Shown: piece after piece, positions 9,791 through 20,180 of the stretch | How the letters are laid out: every line of letters starts with the position of its first letter | How positions within the stretch are numbered: position 1 is the first letter of the stretch | Source of the DNA: Pseudomonadota bacterium | Lineage (GTDB): Bacteria > Bdellovibrionota_C > UBA2361 > OMII01 | Length of the DNA: 62,544 nt | Direction of reading: 5' to 3' | NCBI GenBank assembly: GCA_038134595.1 | Contig: JAYPVM010000014.1 | Coordinates: forward strand, 1 to 62,544 | Translations under genes and position numbers: made by a program | Notes under the pieces: model-generated | Database searches by the model: none | Told to the model about the DNA's origin: nothing | The model's input: only the letters and a program-made list of their open reading frames with translations

Positions 9791-11074
9791 CTAACCAAAC
9801 CGCTTTCGCATCAGACTTGTAACTTTCTCTAAGGCTCGCTCTTCAATCTGACGCACCCGCTCTCTAGTTATAGTCGGGCGAAATGTTTGCGCTATAGCCT
9901 CTAAGGTCATCGGCTCTGAATCGTCATATAAGCCGAAGCGACGTAGCAAAATAGTACTTTCTCGCTCTGTAAGTACGCCGAGCGCTTTCTCCATAAGAAA
10001 CTCCCAGACCTCTTTGTGTTCTATAGTTTCATCCGGTCTATGCTGTCGGTCGTCTATCTGGGTTTTCTGTAGTTCGCCCAGGGGACGCGCCGCCACGATC
10101 AGAGCGCGCGTCACCTCTTCAGAGGCCTCTATCTTTGCAGAGAGCGCCCGCAGCCCCTCATACTCGCCTATTCTCTGAATTAAGCGAAGCGCTGATCTCT
10201 GACCATCAGGAATTCTCATTGGCGTTTTTTCATGATTATTGCTACCGCGCCCACTGAAGGTCTGAATAGCGCGAAAGGCATACGTGGACAATTGCGTGCC
10301 CCTCGCAAGGTCAAATCGCTCAATGGCATACAAAATACCTAGTATCGACTCCTGTCGAACATCAGGGATTTTCATCCGCTCGTCGACATTTCCTTTTGCG
10401 CCCCACAGCAGGTTCTGATTTTCATGAAAGAACTCATCTCGCAACCTAAGATATCCATCGCGAAACTTGACCATCTGCTCCAAAGTGTCGGCCATTTCTT
10501 GATTTTGAGTGCCAAAAAATTTTTGAAGTCTCTTTAAACGGGTGTCTTGCTTTTTATCACCGACTTTAGCAGTAGATGTACTCTGGAGTTGGCAGAGTTC
10601 GTTCCAGCGGCTTTCTACCTCGTTGCTAACTTTCAACGCTAACTCTGGCAACATCGGAAATTGGCCTAAGACAACCGCGATAGCTTTAGATAACGCCGGG
10701 GTCTGTTGTGTCCTTAGGTTTGTAAGATTTACCTCCAGAGCTGGAGCCCAGGCCTTCAGATTTGCAAGGGTCTCCTCCTGGTTTTTTGTACTTGTCATTT
10801 CACTGGTAGCACCAGTAGAAAAAACGACCCTTTTAATACGCTCCGTTTCGACTGCTTTAAGTAGCGTAGACATACGCTTCTCTTGCACACCGGGCACTAA
10901 CGAGAGCGCTTGCCAAAATTTACTCCGCATGTCCCTCATCTCTTGCCACCGGGCGTCTAGCGGGGCCCCAGTACGAAGACCTGTGCGAAGCTCCGACAGA
11001 GAGCCTTGCTCCTGATTACCGCCAACATCTTGTGGGGAGCTATTGCATACGTGCGATGAGATGCTTGAATACAT
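9791..11074 (-). CDS. Divergent sigma-70 family RNA polymerase sigma factor (RpoD/RpoS-like regions 2 and 4)
   Basis: Region 2 QESILGILYAIERFDLARGTQLSTYA; region 4 LTERESTILLRRFGL...MTLEAIA...TRERVRQIEERALEK. Confidence 0.85.
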   Translation of the reverse strand: MYSSISSHVCNSSPQDVGGNQEQGSLSELRTGLRTGAPLDARWQEMRDMRSKFWQALSLVPGVQEKRMSTLLKAVETERIKRVVFSTGATSEMTSTKNQEETLANLKAWAPALEVNLTNLRTQQTPALSKAIAVVLGQFPMLPELALKVSNEVESRWNELCQLQSTSTAKVGDKKQDTRLKRLQKFFGTQNQEMADTLEQMVKFRDGYLRLRDEFFHENQNLLWGAKGNVDERMKIPDVRQESILGILYAIERFDLARGTQLSTYAFRAIQTFSGRGSNNHEKTPMRIPDGQRSALRLIQRIGEYEGLRALSAKIEASEEVTRALIVAARPLGELQKTQIDDRQHRPDETIEHKEVWEFLMEKALGVLTERESTILLRRFGLYDDSEPMTLEAIAQTFRPTITRERVRQIEERALEKVTSLMRKRFG

Positions 11075-11466
11075 TACAATCCTTGCTGATTAATTCTTCT
11101 CGTTTCTTGCCACTATCCAGAGACATATGTATCGATATGTAGGGGGTGCAATCGCATAACTAATTGATTTATTTACCACCCTAGACAGGCAAACTTTGTT
11201 TTAGAAATGTACCGTTTTTACAATCGCTAAGCAACCAGACAAGGCTTAGCTGACGAGAAATTGGCGGCCATAGAATGTTTAGATAATCGCTTGAGTCTGG
11301 GACTTTGAGTCACACGACCTCGTTAGAAACATGAATTAAAGGCTGACACCTGTCATAACCAGAGCAGTCATACGCTCCCCCTTTACTAGAGGGCCTAGGA
11401 ACAGAGACTTTGAAAAATATAGTCCGTTTTTCACGCGGGAGATGGACTGGGAGGCGCTTAATCACT

Positions 11467-12657
11467 CTAGGGTTTATTAACTACTCCCATAAATAAAGGT
11501 GCCCCTGAAGACTCGTGCAAAACCATAAACATGAAGGGGTGGTCGGCCGTAAAATACTTCGGAGTTGTTGCAAACGCCGCGCTCCGTGCAACCATCAGAG
11601 CCGTAGCGGCAGCAGCCTCGGTTCCATGCTCATTTACCTCAATGAATCCCTCATGCAGAACGTCCGTTATCATAAGCGGCTCGTTAGAAATCTGATCGAG
11701 CTTCGCTTCACTAGAAAACAACTGTTTTATACCGAGATGCTCAAGTGCGGTGCGAAGTTCCATGGGAGAACGGATCGAAAATTTTGGCATCTTTACAATC
11801 ACACGCTCACGATTATTCTTCGCCAAAAGCTCAGCAACCAATTCAGGCGACAATCGATTCGATAACTCTTGTGCTGACAGACGCTCCTTAGGAAGTAGAA
11901 TTGCCATCGAAAAACTTCCATCCTGATAAGGCAGTCGAATTGCAGACCATGAATCATCTTCATACCACGGCAACGTCTCCAGTGTTTGCATCATAGACAC
12001 CGATACGGTCTCGGAAGCCGTGACGTAGAAATTATCAGGAAGAGTCGCCCCTTCATCAAATGGGCTCGCCCACGGACCTTTGAAATAAAGGGCATTTACC
12101 AATGCTCCGATCGATTGCGGGCTCAAGCCATTTTGCGGTATTAATTCCGGAATGCGATTTTTTGTCTGCGTAGAGACCCATTGATTTATTATTTTCCTTG
12201 TTTCCTCACTCTTTGAAAAATCAACGCTCGTAACATTCGCCGAAAAAACATCTTTAGCTAATGTTTCAAATTGAGGCTTCACTGAGACATCTACATTTAT
12301 CCAAATAGAGTTTGCACCTCTTACGAGTACATTTTTTCTCTCTCCTTGAATTAAGGTCTGGAAGTTTTTGTAGGTATTTAACAACTCTGGTGAAAAGGTT
12401 GCATCAAATAGCACCTTGTCGAGTTCGTTGGCGGTGTCTCCGGTAGCACCGGAACGGGCAAGCATCAATGCCGCATGGATACTAAGGGGCGAAAGCACTC
12501 GATTGCCCTGCTCCTTTGAGCTCTTTAGAAGAGAGATTCCAAGAGCTCTTTGTTTATTACTAAACTTTATCGCCGCTTCTTGCTCTGGAAAGGCAGAGTT
12601 AGTAAACATCGCAACAAAACTTAGGAGAGCGAATACTACAGTTCTGCGTTTTGGCAT
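11467..12657 (-). CDS. Secreted serpin (serine protease inhibitor)
   Basis: Signal peptide; LSPLSI, VNALYFKGPW, hinge EHGTEAAAAT, FTADHPFMF, PLFMGVV signatures. Confidence 0.95.
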   Translation of the reverse strand: MPKRRTVVFALLSFVAMFTNSAFPEQEAAIKFSNKQRALGISLLKSSKEQGNRVLSPLSIHAALMLARSGATGDTANELDKVLFDATFSPELLNTYKNFQTLIQGERKNVLVRGANSIWINVDVSVKPQFETLAKDVFSANVTSVDFSKSEETRKIINQWVSTQTKNRIPELIPQNGLSPQSIGALVNALYFKGPWASPFDEGATLPDNFYVTASETVSVSMMQTLETLPWYEDDSWSAIRLPYQDGSFSMAILLPKERLSAQELSNRLSPELVAELLAKNNRERVIVKMPKFSIRSPMELRTALEHLGIKQLFSSEAKLDQISNEPLMITDVLHEGFIEVNEHGTEAAAATALMVARSAAFATTPKYFTADHPFMFMVLHESSGAPLFMGVVNKP

Positions 12658-12718
12658 ATTCCCACCTCACAACGTCACTTATAACCATCACCTATATTCC
12701 CACTGTTGACCTTATATG

Positions 12719-12737
12719 TACCTACATCGTGTAGGTA
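12719..12737. promoter_or_regulatory. Palindromic putative operator between the divergent serpin and J-domain genes
   Basis: TACCTACA-tcg-TGTAGGTA, perfect 8-3-8 inverted repeat in the divergent intergenic region. Confidence 0.4.
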
Positions 12738-12893
12738 ATCATCCCCCCTCCTCCTGTCGACCAACTTCACTTTGGAGGTACCTGTTTTGAGAGAGAAACC
12801 TATTATTAAATCGTCCGATAGAAGTACAAGACTTACCAAGCCTCTAGAAATAGCATACTATAGTTAGCGTTCAATGAGGAGCATAGATATCAC

Positions 12894-13622
12894 ATGGCTT
12901 TTTCAAGTGGCAAAAACCTAGATCACAACGACTATAAGAAAAAACAGCGTGCTCGACTCAAGGAGGCCAGAAAATCCAGCCGTGAAAAACTCTATGCTAA
13001 AACCCTTCAGGTAGTTCTACAACTCCTAGCCGAGCGTACACTGAGTCCACAGGAATCCCTTAAAAGAGTCAAGGCTTTCATGGCCAAAAGCGCTCTTGAA
13101 TTCAGCACTACAGAGACACAACCCGAATCAAGTGCGGCCGTCCTTCGGCGCTATCTCTACTCCAGCAAACCGTCTCTTACAGCACGACGAAAGTTTTTTA
13201 GCCATATCCTTGATTTCACGGATGAAAATCAACTCATAGACAAGGCCCCAGTAGAGACGTTACTACAAAACATAAAAGACGAATTAAGAATAGAAAAGCA
13301 ATTTCACAGCAGATTTAAAAGAACCGCAGATAGCTCTAAACAAGCCAAAGCTAGTTTTAAGCGGGCTAACACAGGGGCTCAGCGCAAACAGGGAAGAGAG
13401 TCCGATCCCTGCTTTAAGATTCTAGAGTGCGAGGAGCAAGCGAGCCTTCAAATCATTAAACGGGCTTACAAGAGAAGAGCCCTCATGCTTCATCCCGATA
13501 GACTCCTAACTCAAGGACTCTCGTCTACTGAGCTTGAAAGAAAGCGGGGTGAATTTCAGGAACTTCACGATGCTTATCAGAGAGCTCTTTTGCTTGTGGC
13601 GGATGCGCGCGAAAATTCGTAA
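12894..13622 (+). CDS. C-terminal J-domain (DnaJ-like) protein
   Basis: CFKILEC..ASLQIIKRAYKRRALMLHPD...FQELHDAY; SD GAGGAG upstream. Confidence 0.85.
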   Translation: MAFSSGKNLDHNDYKKKQRARLKEARKSSREKLYAKTLQVVLQLLAERTLSPQESLKRVKAFMAKSALEFSTTETQPESSAAVLRRYLYSSKPSLTARRKFFSHILDFTDENQLIDKAPVETLLQNIKDELRIEKQFHSRFKRTADSSKQAKASFKRANTGAQRKQGRESDPCFKILECEEQASLQIIKRAYKRRALMLHPDRLLTQGLSSTELERKRGEFQELHDAYQRALLLVADARENS

Positions 13623-13810
13623 CATCTAAACACCAGAGAAAACGATCGGCAATTTTTAGGGGTTTTTTTGTTATTTGCATTTTTCATGTGTTTTCATCCC
13701 TAACACGCTCGTGTATTTTGAGAGGCTGGGTACATAAACAAGGACGTACCGAGCGGAATAATCCACGGAAAGTTGGGTCGGTTGTGAATTGTAAAAACGG
13801 CTTTTTAAAG

Positions 13811-14083
13811 ATGGCTCAGAAAATCTCAAAAAGAAACATTCTAGTATTAGCAGTCGTGGGAATTGGCGGGGCGGTGCTCATAGGAGTGCTTGTTCGAACT
13901 ACAATGGTGAGCGCTTTTCTGGGTGATGCCACCGCAAATATTGCCCGCTGTAAAAAAGACCCTCGTTTCAACCCGCCACTGTGCAAGCGGCTTTTGGCAA
14001 ATAGAACGGCTCGTCGCAGTACAAAGTCCTCTTTCTCTCGGGGGGACGGCAATATTGCAGGCGGATTTCAACTCGGGCAGTAG
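13811..14083 (+). CDS. Small single-pass membrane protein, hypothetical
   Basis: ATG at 13811 within the listed 13688 ORF; basic N-terminus, TM helix, Cys pair. Confidence 0.45.
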   Translation: MAQKISKRNILVLAVVGIGGAVLIGVLVRTTMVSAFLGDATANIARCKKDPRFNPPLCKRLLANRTARRSTKSSFSRGDGNIAGGFQLGQ

Positions 14084-14401
14084 TTCCCGATTCGTCGCAT
14101 CCATCGAGAGTCGAAGTATCATCGCGAAGAGAGGCCTCACTTCCCTAGAAATGCTATCTAGATAGTATTTCCAAAACGCTCTGGCGAGATTACATGCCAG
14201 GTCCACTCACATCGGCCAGGTCCCTGCCATCACGTTCGAGGGCACATCGCGCCCTAAGCGATGGAGCGAGAGCTCATTTGAGGCATTTGTCACAGAAAAA
14301 AGAGGCGATTAAAATGTTCTAAGAAAAGCTTCTCCATATTTGTTCAACTTCTCCAACGGGCGCCAAATCACTCTAAACTTTTTTGCGCATTCTCTGTGAG
14401 G

Positions 14402-16300
14402 TTACGGCAAACTTGTGCCAATGCCTGGATTGGTTGGAGTTGGAGTTGGAGTTTCCGTTGGACTATTAAATGGACATGGCCATGGGTTACACGAATTGCC
14501 TACATAAAAGAAAGGCCATCTCTCCGCTCCTGCACGACTATTACAATCGGTTTCTGTTGTTATCTCGCAGTAGTCGTCTCCCCACCAGTCAAAGACACAA
14601 CAGGCTCCGGCATCAATAAGCGTTGGAGTCATCGTCGGGGTTTGAGTTGGTGTTGAGGTTGGAGTTGCCGTGCAGAGCGGGCAATCCGTCGGCGTAAACG
14701 TCGGCGTAGGTGAAATCGTCGGCGTAGGTGAAATCGTCGGAGTCTGGGTTGGTGTACTCGACGGCGTGTACGTTGGAGTAGGTCCAGCTGGCGTAGATAC
14801 ACTACGTACACCACGGCCACCATAAGCGTTATTCCTAGCTGTTGGATGAGTGGCCGCGTACGTTCGTCCCGAGGTTCGACCTTCGACAACCGTGGAATTC
14901 CACGCTCCACCTCTCAATCCAGCTCCAATAGAGGCCCAAGAGGCGTCAGCATTACCGCTTGCAGTTAAAGCTCCGTCACCGTGCGAGCCATCAAAACCCC
15001 TGCCTGATGAGCTTCCAATCGTTACTACCTGCTCCCAGACATTCCCAGTTAACTCTAGTCCACCGAAATAACCGGCTCCTGCCGAAACTCTGCTATTTGT
15101 TCCCTGTTGGGTATTATAGTCCGCACAAGAACCAATACGCATTGGGCCCGCGATACCAGAGGCAAAATTCACGTTGGCTAAGAGAGACGGCTCTTCTGTT
15201 ACTTTACCACTATCTGTAATACCATCTACTCGCGAATAAAATGCTATCCCCCAGGCAAACTCTCCCCCTGCAACATCTTGAGGGCCTCGCGCAGCCTTTT
15301 CATACTCAAGCTCCGACATGGGGCGCAAACCCGCCCAATCAAGCCACGCCACCAAGTCAGACCAGTTCAGATAGTTTGCTGCTACGGTACAGTACGTGGC
15401 ACTGTTAGGATTCGAAAGTTGATTTGGAAGCGTCATGGATCCACTACCGGTCCAACTGAGGTTGTTTCGGTCTGCAAGTGAATCTGTATTCTTTCCTGTA
15501 GCGTCTGTAATATCCCTTGCCGCCTGAGGAGTACCAACCGGCAGGGTGTTAAAAAACGACATGTACTGCTCTTGGGTAATTTCATGCTTCATCATGTAAA
15601 ATGAATTGTATCCCTTCGGGAAATCTGCCGAGATCGTAAAGAGACTCCCTGCTGCATCCCCTGGCCCCGGATAATAGTTTGTAGTGGTATTGGTCGTAAT
15701 TGCGCTGTTACTTGTGATGTGCCAAGGATTATAGTCCGAAGAACCGGCGCGAAGGGCTAAGGATGTTGTGTTCAGACCATCGCCAGCATAGAAATTTCCC
15801 TTTTCGACGTAAACCATCTCAACGCCGTAGATACGAATGTCTAGGTCATCACCTTCCACAACACCGTCTTGCCCCGATGCCCATTTTAATTGAATACCTG
15901 TTGATGAGTGAGTACCTGTACCTGTAGAGCTTCTCGAGATAAAGACTCCGACCGCTGGATTCGTTGCGATATTAAATGCAGAAGACTCATCGACCAAACC
16001 TGGTGAAATAGTGCTGTTTCCAGATAGATCTGCATGTCCTGTGTCACGAAGTGATGCGTGCTTCCACTCTCCACCATCTACCCGAAACTTCACAAACACC
16101 CACGCCGCATCCCAGTTGGCGGGGGGAGTTGTAACCTTCCAGGAATTTTGCCATGTTATGTCGAATTGAAGCGTTATTGTCTCTGTGCCCGAGTCATAGC
16201 TCGGTGTGGTAATATTAGTGATCTCTAAGGCGGTTGCCCACGCATACCTTGCTGACATTACAACAAAAACAAATAGAACTGTCGCCAGCAATCGAAACAT
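14402..16300 (-). CDS. Secreted FGE-sulfatase (SUMF1/EgtB/PvdO) domain protein with Pro/Thr linker and Cys-rich tail
   Basis: Signal peptide; MMKHEITQEQY, LRPMSELEYEKAARG, LTGNVWEQV, LRGGAW; PTPT repeats; GACC motif near C-terminus. Confidence 0.85.
   Translation of the reverse strand: MFRLLATVLFVFVVMSARYAWATALEITNITTPSYDSGTETITLQFDITWQNSWKVTTPPANWDAAWVFVKFRVDGGEWKHASLRDTGHADLSGNSTISPGLVDESSAFNIATNPAVGVFISRSSTGTGTHSSTGIQLKWASGQDGVVEGDDLDIRIYGVEMVYVEKGNFYAGDGLNTTSLALRAGSSDYNPWHITSNSAITTNTTTNYYPGPGDAAGSLFTISADFPKGYNSFYMMKHEITQEQYMSFFNTLPVGTPQAARDITDATGKNTDSLADRNNLSWTGSGSMTLPNQLSNPNSATYCTVAANYLNWSDLVAWLDWAGLRPMSELEYEKAARGPQDVAGGEFAWGIAFYSRVDGITDSGKVTEEPSLLANVNFASGIAGPMRIGSCADYNTQQGTNSRVSAGAGYFGGLELTGNVWEQVVTIGSSSGRGFDGSHGDGALTASGNADASWASIGAGLRGGAWNSTVVEGRTSGRTYAATHPTARNNAYGGRGVRSVSTPAGPTPTYTPSSTPTQTPTISPTPTISPTPTFTPTDCPLCTATPTSTPTQTPTMTPTLIDAGACCVFDWWGDDYCEITTETDCNSRAGAERWPFFYVGNSCNPWPCPFNSPTETPTPTPTNPGIGTSLP
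14700..14740 (-). repeat. 18-bp tandem repeat encoding the TISPTP linker
   Basis: GTCGGCGTAGGTGAAATC occurs twice in tandem (14700-14735) plus a partial copy. Confidence 0.8.
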
Positions 16301-16567
16301 CTCTTAACCCTTATTCGAAAGAACCGAATAGTTGCTGCAATTAGAATACCAACTAGAGTCACACAGTAGCTGAAAATTCACGCACACCCGTTTAGAATAT
16401 CAAAATGACATCCTCGGGCAAACATAGAAATGGCACAATAGAGAAATATCTCCCACTTTCGGGCACAGAGCAGCGCAGTTTGCTCATGCTAAGCTCAGAG
16501 GAAGTCCGAGAGCTTGCAATCATTTTGAGGTAACGTCATCTTATTATATTGCTATATTTACAGGTAA

Positions 16568-17611
16568 TTATTGCAACCAATTTTCGGGATAGCCTCCGTA
16601 AGGCTGGTGTGTAACAAGGCGAACTCGAGAGCCATTTTGTGCGGTTATCTCCATTTCACACCCTCGGTGATTGTGTCCATATACGGCTACTAAATTATCT
16701 CGTGGATTGGCAGCAGGATGGTCAAGGATCACGCTACCCATCACACACGATTTCTTGTTCCAAAAGAGCCTTGCCTCTTCTTCGGTACATCGCCAATAAT
16801 CCGCAGCTTCACGGAGCCTACGAGGGTCATCGCACAATGAAACTCCGTGAGATATCGCCTGTGCTCTCGCAAGATCGTTGTCATCCGCTATCTTGATGTA
16901 CGTCGGAGCCCGGTGAGGCAATGCATGAGAAACCATGAGAGTCACCTCAGGTTTGAGCATCCGCGCATACGAGTCTGCCATTTCATGAAATAGCGACACG
17001 TCACCGGCCAATAAATGCCTTCCATCGGATGTCGAGCGATAAAAATCTCGCAATTCCTCCTCTGAAAAACCGACTATCGTAGGGTCCACAAATTTAAAAT
17101 CGTAAAAGACATTGCCGAGCAGAATCTGATTCTTTGTCGTTTTGTGTACTCTCGGAGTAATCCCGTTAGGCATCAGGACATTTTCCGCAAAATCAAAGCT
17201 ACTCCACGGATCCTCCCTAGATCGTAGGCAGTGGTTACCTGGCACATACAAAACAGTTTCATACATTGAGGCCAGTCCATTTAGTATTTGCGAAATAACA
17301 CCACTCCGGTCTTCGCCGTTACTAGCATCTACCACATCACCTGCACAGATAAAGACGTCGCTTTTTCTTACAGCAGTTATGGAACAAACGATTCGCTCGA
17401 TTAGGTCGTTATCGACAGGTAAATGCCAGTCCGATGCGATATCAAAAGATTCTTCATTAGCGACAATCGTTCTACAAAGCGGGAGATTTGTGTACGGGGA
17501 ACACTCAATAATTTTGTCCTTACGGTACGCCTTAGGTAGAGACAGCGCCTCCAGGGTATCCGCCCCACCGCTTCTGTGTTTATCCTCCGGACGATATTCC
17601 GATTTAAACAT
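16568..17611 (-). CDS. Calcineurin-like metallophosphoesterase
   Basis: SDWH, AGDVVD, PGNH, SH, YGHNH motifs in canonical order. Confidence 0.85.
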   Translation of the reverse strand: MFKSEYRPEDKHRSGGADTLEALSLPKAYRKDKIIECSPYTNLPLCRTIVANEESFDIASDWHLPVDNDLIERIVCSITAVRKSDVFICAGDVVDASNGEDRSGVISQILNGLASMYETVLYVPGNHCLRSREDPWSSFDFAENVLMPNGITPRVHKTTKNQILLGNVFYDFKFVDPTIVGFSEEELRDFYRSTSDGRHLLAGDVSLFHEMADSYARMLKPEVTLMVSHALPHRAPTYIKIADDNDLARAQAISHGVSLCDDPRRLREAADYWRCTEEEARLFWNKKSCVMGSVILDHPAANPRDNLVAVYGHNHRGCEMEITAQNGSRVRLVTHQPYGGYPENWLQ

Positions 17612-17663
17612 CGCTGTATCCTTGCTCTCCTCAAATCTGTTGGCAGCTAATTCCGCTTATCCG

Positions 17664-19091
17664 TTAAAGGTCTCCCTGTGCTCGTCCCAACACAGCTCTG
17701 AAAAAAATCTTTGCCTTTTGTACTTCAAATAGTGCCGCCAACCTTCTTACTTCGGCATCAGCTGCGTTCTGCTCACGCAAGTTGACAAAAATAAGATTAC
17801 TGTCGCCTAATTCAAAACGAGTTCGCTCGCCCTTAGCTACGGTCTGAGCAGCACTGACCTCTCTGGTTACTACGTCGACAGTCTGCTTGGTAATCCGCAA
17901 GGCCGTCATAGCGTCTTGAATATCGGCTCGAATTTTCTCTCTCAGAAATTGCTTATCCAGTTGTATTTTATTTTGTTCTGATTGAAAACGTCTCCGTTTT
18001 CCACGCTGGGTTCGTGTCGCTAGTGGGATCTCAACTTGGATGCCTGCTTTTAACTCAGCTTCAGCGCCTTTGGAACGGGCAGGTCCAATATCGTCAGAAC
18101 CAAAAAGCTTAACATCTAGCCGGGGATTAATCTGATTGTTCGCCAGTGTGATCTCCACATCGTTTTGAGCTTGTTGTGCAGTTAGATACTCAAATTCAGG
18201 ACGTTTACCGAGAGCCTCCGCAAGAGCATTATCCAGGGACAAACTGTCAAGGTTCGTTTTTAGCGGTGCAATATTGTCGGGGGCAAGAAAGCCTGCAGTA
18301 TCAATTGGCTCGCCGTTTTCATCCCGGTAGAATAAAGCAAGCTGATACGATGCGCTTTGAAGCTCTCGTTTAGCCGATAGCATCGTTGCCCGACGCTGCT
18401 CAACTGCTCTATCGTTATCAACTCGGTCAAAGTCTGGCAAGTCACCGCGCTTTACTCGGGCGGAGATCTGTCGGTTACGCTTCTCAGCGACCGCGAGAAG
18501 ATCTTGATATACCCGTACCTTGTTGGCGGCAAAAACCCATCTCCAATACGCCAACGCCGCGCTTTTTGTAACTTCTATCCTGCTTAATGCAACATTTGCT
18601 CCCGCTTGTGTCTGTCCATATCGGGCTTTGGTAATGTCTGCCCGTCTTCGATCGATTGCTCTATCTCTAAGCAACGGAATCTCAATTCCTACTCCGATCT
18701 CTCCATCCTGGTTCGTGTTATAGTAGTCTTCATATACGGGAAAACTCCCCCTACCCATACGATACCCTGCAAATACCTTCCCACCAAACATTTGTATCGG
18801 TTGCTCTACTACCGTTTGGCTATACGTACCACTATATCCGCTTTCAGGCCTCGTAAGTGTTTCGGAGCGGATTTTTGGGTCAAATGCTCCCTTGGTGCTT
18901 AAAAGATTTGCATCCGCGGCTAACTGGCGTTGGACTTGCCCCTGAATCATCGGATGGTGCCGAACAGTTGATGCAAGCACCCTCGATAACTCAAGCACCG
19001 GTTTTGTATCCTCTGCAACACCAGACCTAATCGACAGTGCTGTAATGAGAGCGGACACGGCCGCACAGCGAGCAAAAAATGGAAGTTTCAT
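17664..19091 (-). CDS. TolC family outer-membrane efflux protein
   Basis: Signal peptide from MKLPFF (ATG 19091); GAFDP, EIPLLR, ERTRFELGDSNLIFVNLREQ. Confidence 0.88.
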   Translation of the reverse strand: MKLPFFARCAAVSALITALSIRSGVAEDTKPVLELSRVLASTVRHHPMIQGQVQRQLAADANLLSTKGAFDPKIRSETLTRPESGYSGTYSQTVVEQPIQMFGGKVFAGYRMGRGSFPVYEDYYNTNQDGEIGVGIEIPLLRDRAIDRRRADITKARYGQTQAGANVALSRIEVTKSAALAYWRWVFAANKVRVYQDLLAVAEKRNRQISARVKRGDLPDFDRVDNDRAVEQRRATMLSAKRELQSASYQLALFYRDENGEPIDTAGFLAPDNIAPLKTNLDSLSLDNALAEALGKRPEFEYLTAQQAQNDVEITLANNQINPRLDVKLFGSDDIGPARSKGAEAELKAGIQVEIPLATRTQRGKRRRFQSEQNKIQLDKQFLREKIRADIQDAMTALRITKQTVDVVTREVSAAQTVAKGERTRFELGDSNLIFVNLREQNAADAEVRRLAALFEVQKAKIFFRAVLGRAQGDL

Positions 19092-19098
19092 GGTAATT

Positions 19099-20169
19099 CT
19101 ACCTTCGATCAATCGTCGCATCTAGCACCTGAGACTGAAGAGATGGCGGAAACCCATTAAATTGCCGCCACAGTTCCCAACCAAGCCGAACATTATCGAG
19201 CAATATCCATCCTATCACTCGCACTCCTTGGCGAAGATAGCGAGCATCGGGCCACTGCTGCCCTTCGTCTGGAAAAACTATCACTCGCACTCTTCCGTTT
19301 TCATCAGCTCCCGGGTCGATAACCTTTATAATGCCCCCAAAGGTTCCAACTGCAACCGATGGCCAACCAGCAAACTGTACTGCAGGCCAGCCCTCAAACT
19401 GCAAGCGAACTCGCCGACCCACCGTTAACAATGGAGCATCGTTTCCGCTGACAGTTATTTCAACTGCCCTATTCGCAGTTTCTGGCACAATCAAAGCCAA
19501 GGTTTGTCCGGCCTTTACCATCACACCACCCTGCGGAGCAAAGATTCGTTGAACTATACCAGCCCGCGGAGCAACGATTGATTGAGAGGCCTGTCGAGCG
19601 AGCTGCGTTTCTATCCGTGCCAACTCAGATGCAGCCGACGAAACATCGGAGAGGTATTTCGCATATTCAAGCTCAGCCAACTCAGCAGCACGTTGTGAGC
19701 TTAGCCCCTCGGTTACCAATACCTTTTGGCGATTGAGGTTTTTTTCAGATGTTTCAAGAGCCTTCTGCGAGGCATCAAGCTTAATTCGACCCGCTTCTCT
19801 CTGCCGCTCAAGCCGAGATATAATATCAGGGTCAATATCTGCAACATCGACTATCCTGTCTCCAGCCTTAACTCGTGTACCCTCTAAAACAAACCATTCT
19901 CTAATGAGCCCATTTACTGGTGCAGTGAGATTTTGCTGACGTTCGTTCGGCGAATATGCAATGACTCGCCCGACTCCCTGTACATTCTGTGTCCAGGGAA
20001 CCACTGCCAATGCCACCAGAGTAAAAAGTAACATCAAAAATACAACCAACGCAGCAACTCTTATGTTACTACTTGAAACAACCTGGCCAGGAGCATCAAG
20101 TGCCACCCGACTCTCTTCTCCCAGTTCATCAAGTGTTTGGTATGTTAAGCTAGGTTCTCTGTCGGACAT
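19099..20169 (-). CDS. HlyD family membrane-fusion protein
   Basis: N-terminal TM, lipoyl-like APVNG..V.EG..VKAGD, coiled coil, VRLQFEGWPAVQF. Confidence 0.9.
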   Translation of the reverse strand: MSDREPSLTYQTLDELGEESRVALDAPGQVVSSSNIRVAALVVFLMLLFTLVALAVVPWTQNVQGVGRVIAYSPNERQQNLTAPVNGLIREWFVLEGTRVKAGDRIVDVADIDPDIISRLERQREAGRIKLDASQKALETSEKNLNRQKVLVTEGLSSQRAAELAELEYAKYLSDVSSAASELARIETQLARQASQSIVAPRAGIVQRIFAPQGGVMVKAGQTLALIVPETANRAVEITVSGNDAPLLTVGRRVRLQFEGWPAVQFAGWPSVAVGTFGGIIKVIDPGADENGRVRVIVFPDEGQQWPDARYLRQGVRVIGWILLDNVRLGWELWRQFNGFPPSLQSQVLDATIDRR

Positions 20170-20180
20170 TACTCTCCACC

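Noticed and set aside
14800..14930. Diversity-generating retroelement variable region at the end of the FGE-sulfatase domain
   Set aside because: No reverse transcriptase and no adenine-variant template repeat were seen in the window
16492..16516. RNase P-like GAGGAAGTCC string
   Set aside because: Does not match GAGGAAAGTCC, there is no room for the RNA, and no 3' conserved motif is present
17142..17732. 196-aa antisense ORF and similar shadow ORFs (3239-3697, 10542-11015, 41967-42497, 59859-60278)
   Set aside because: Antisense to well-supported genes, with no motifs
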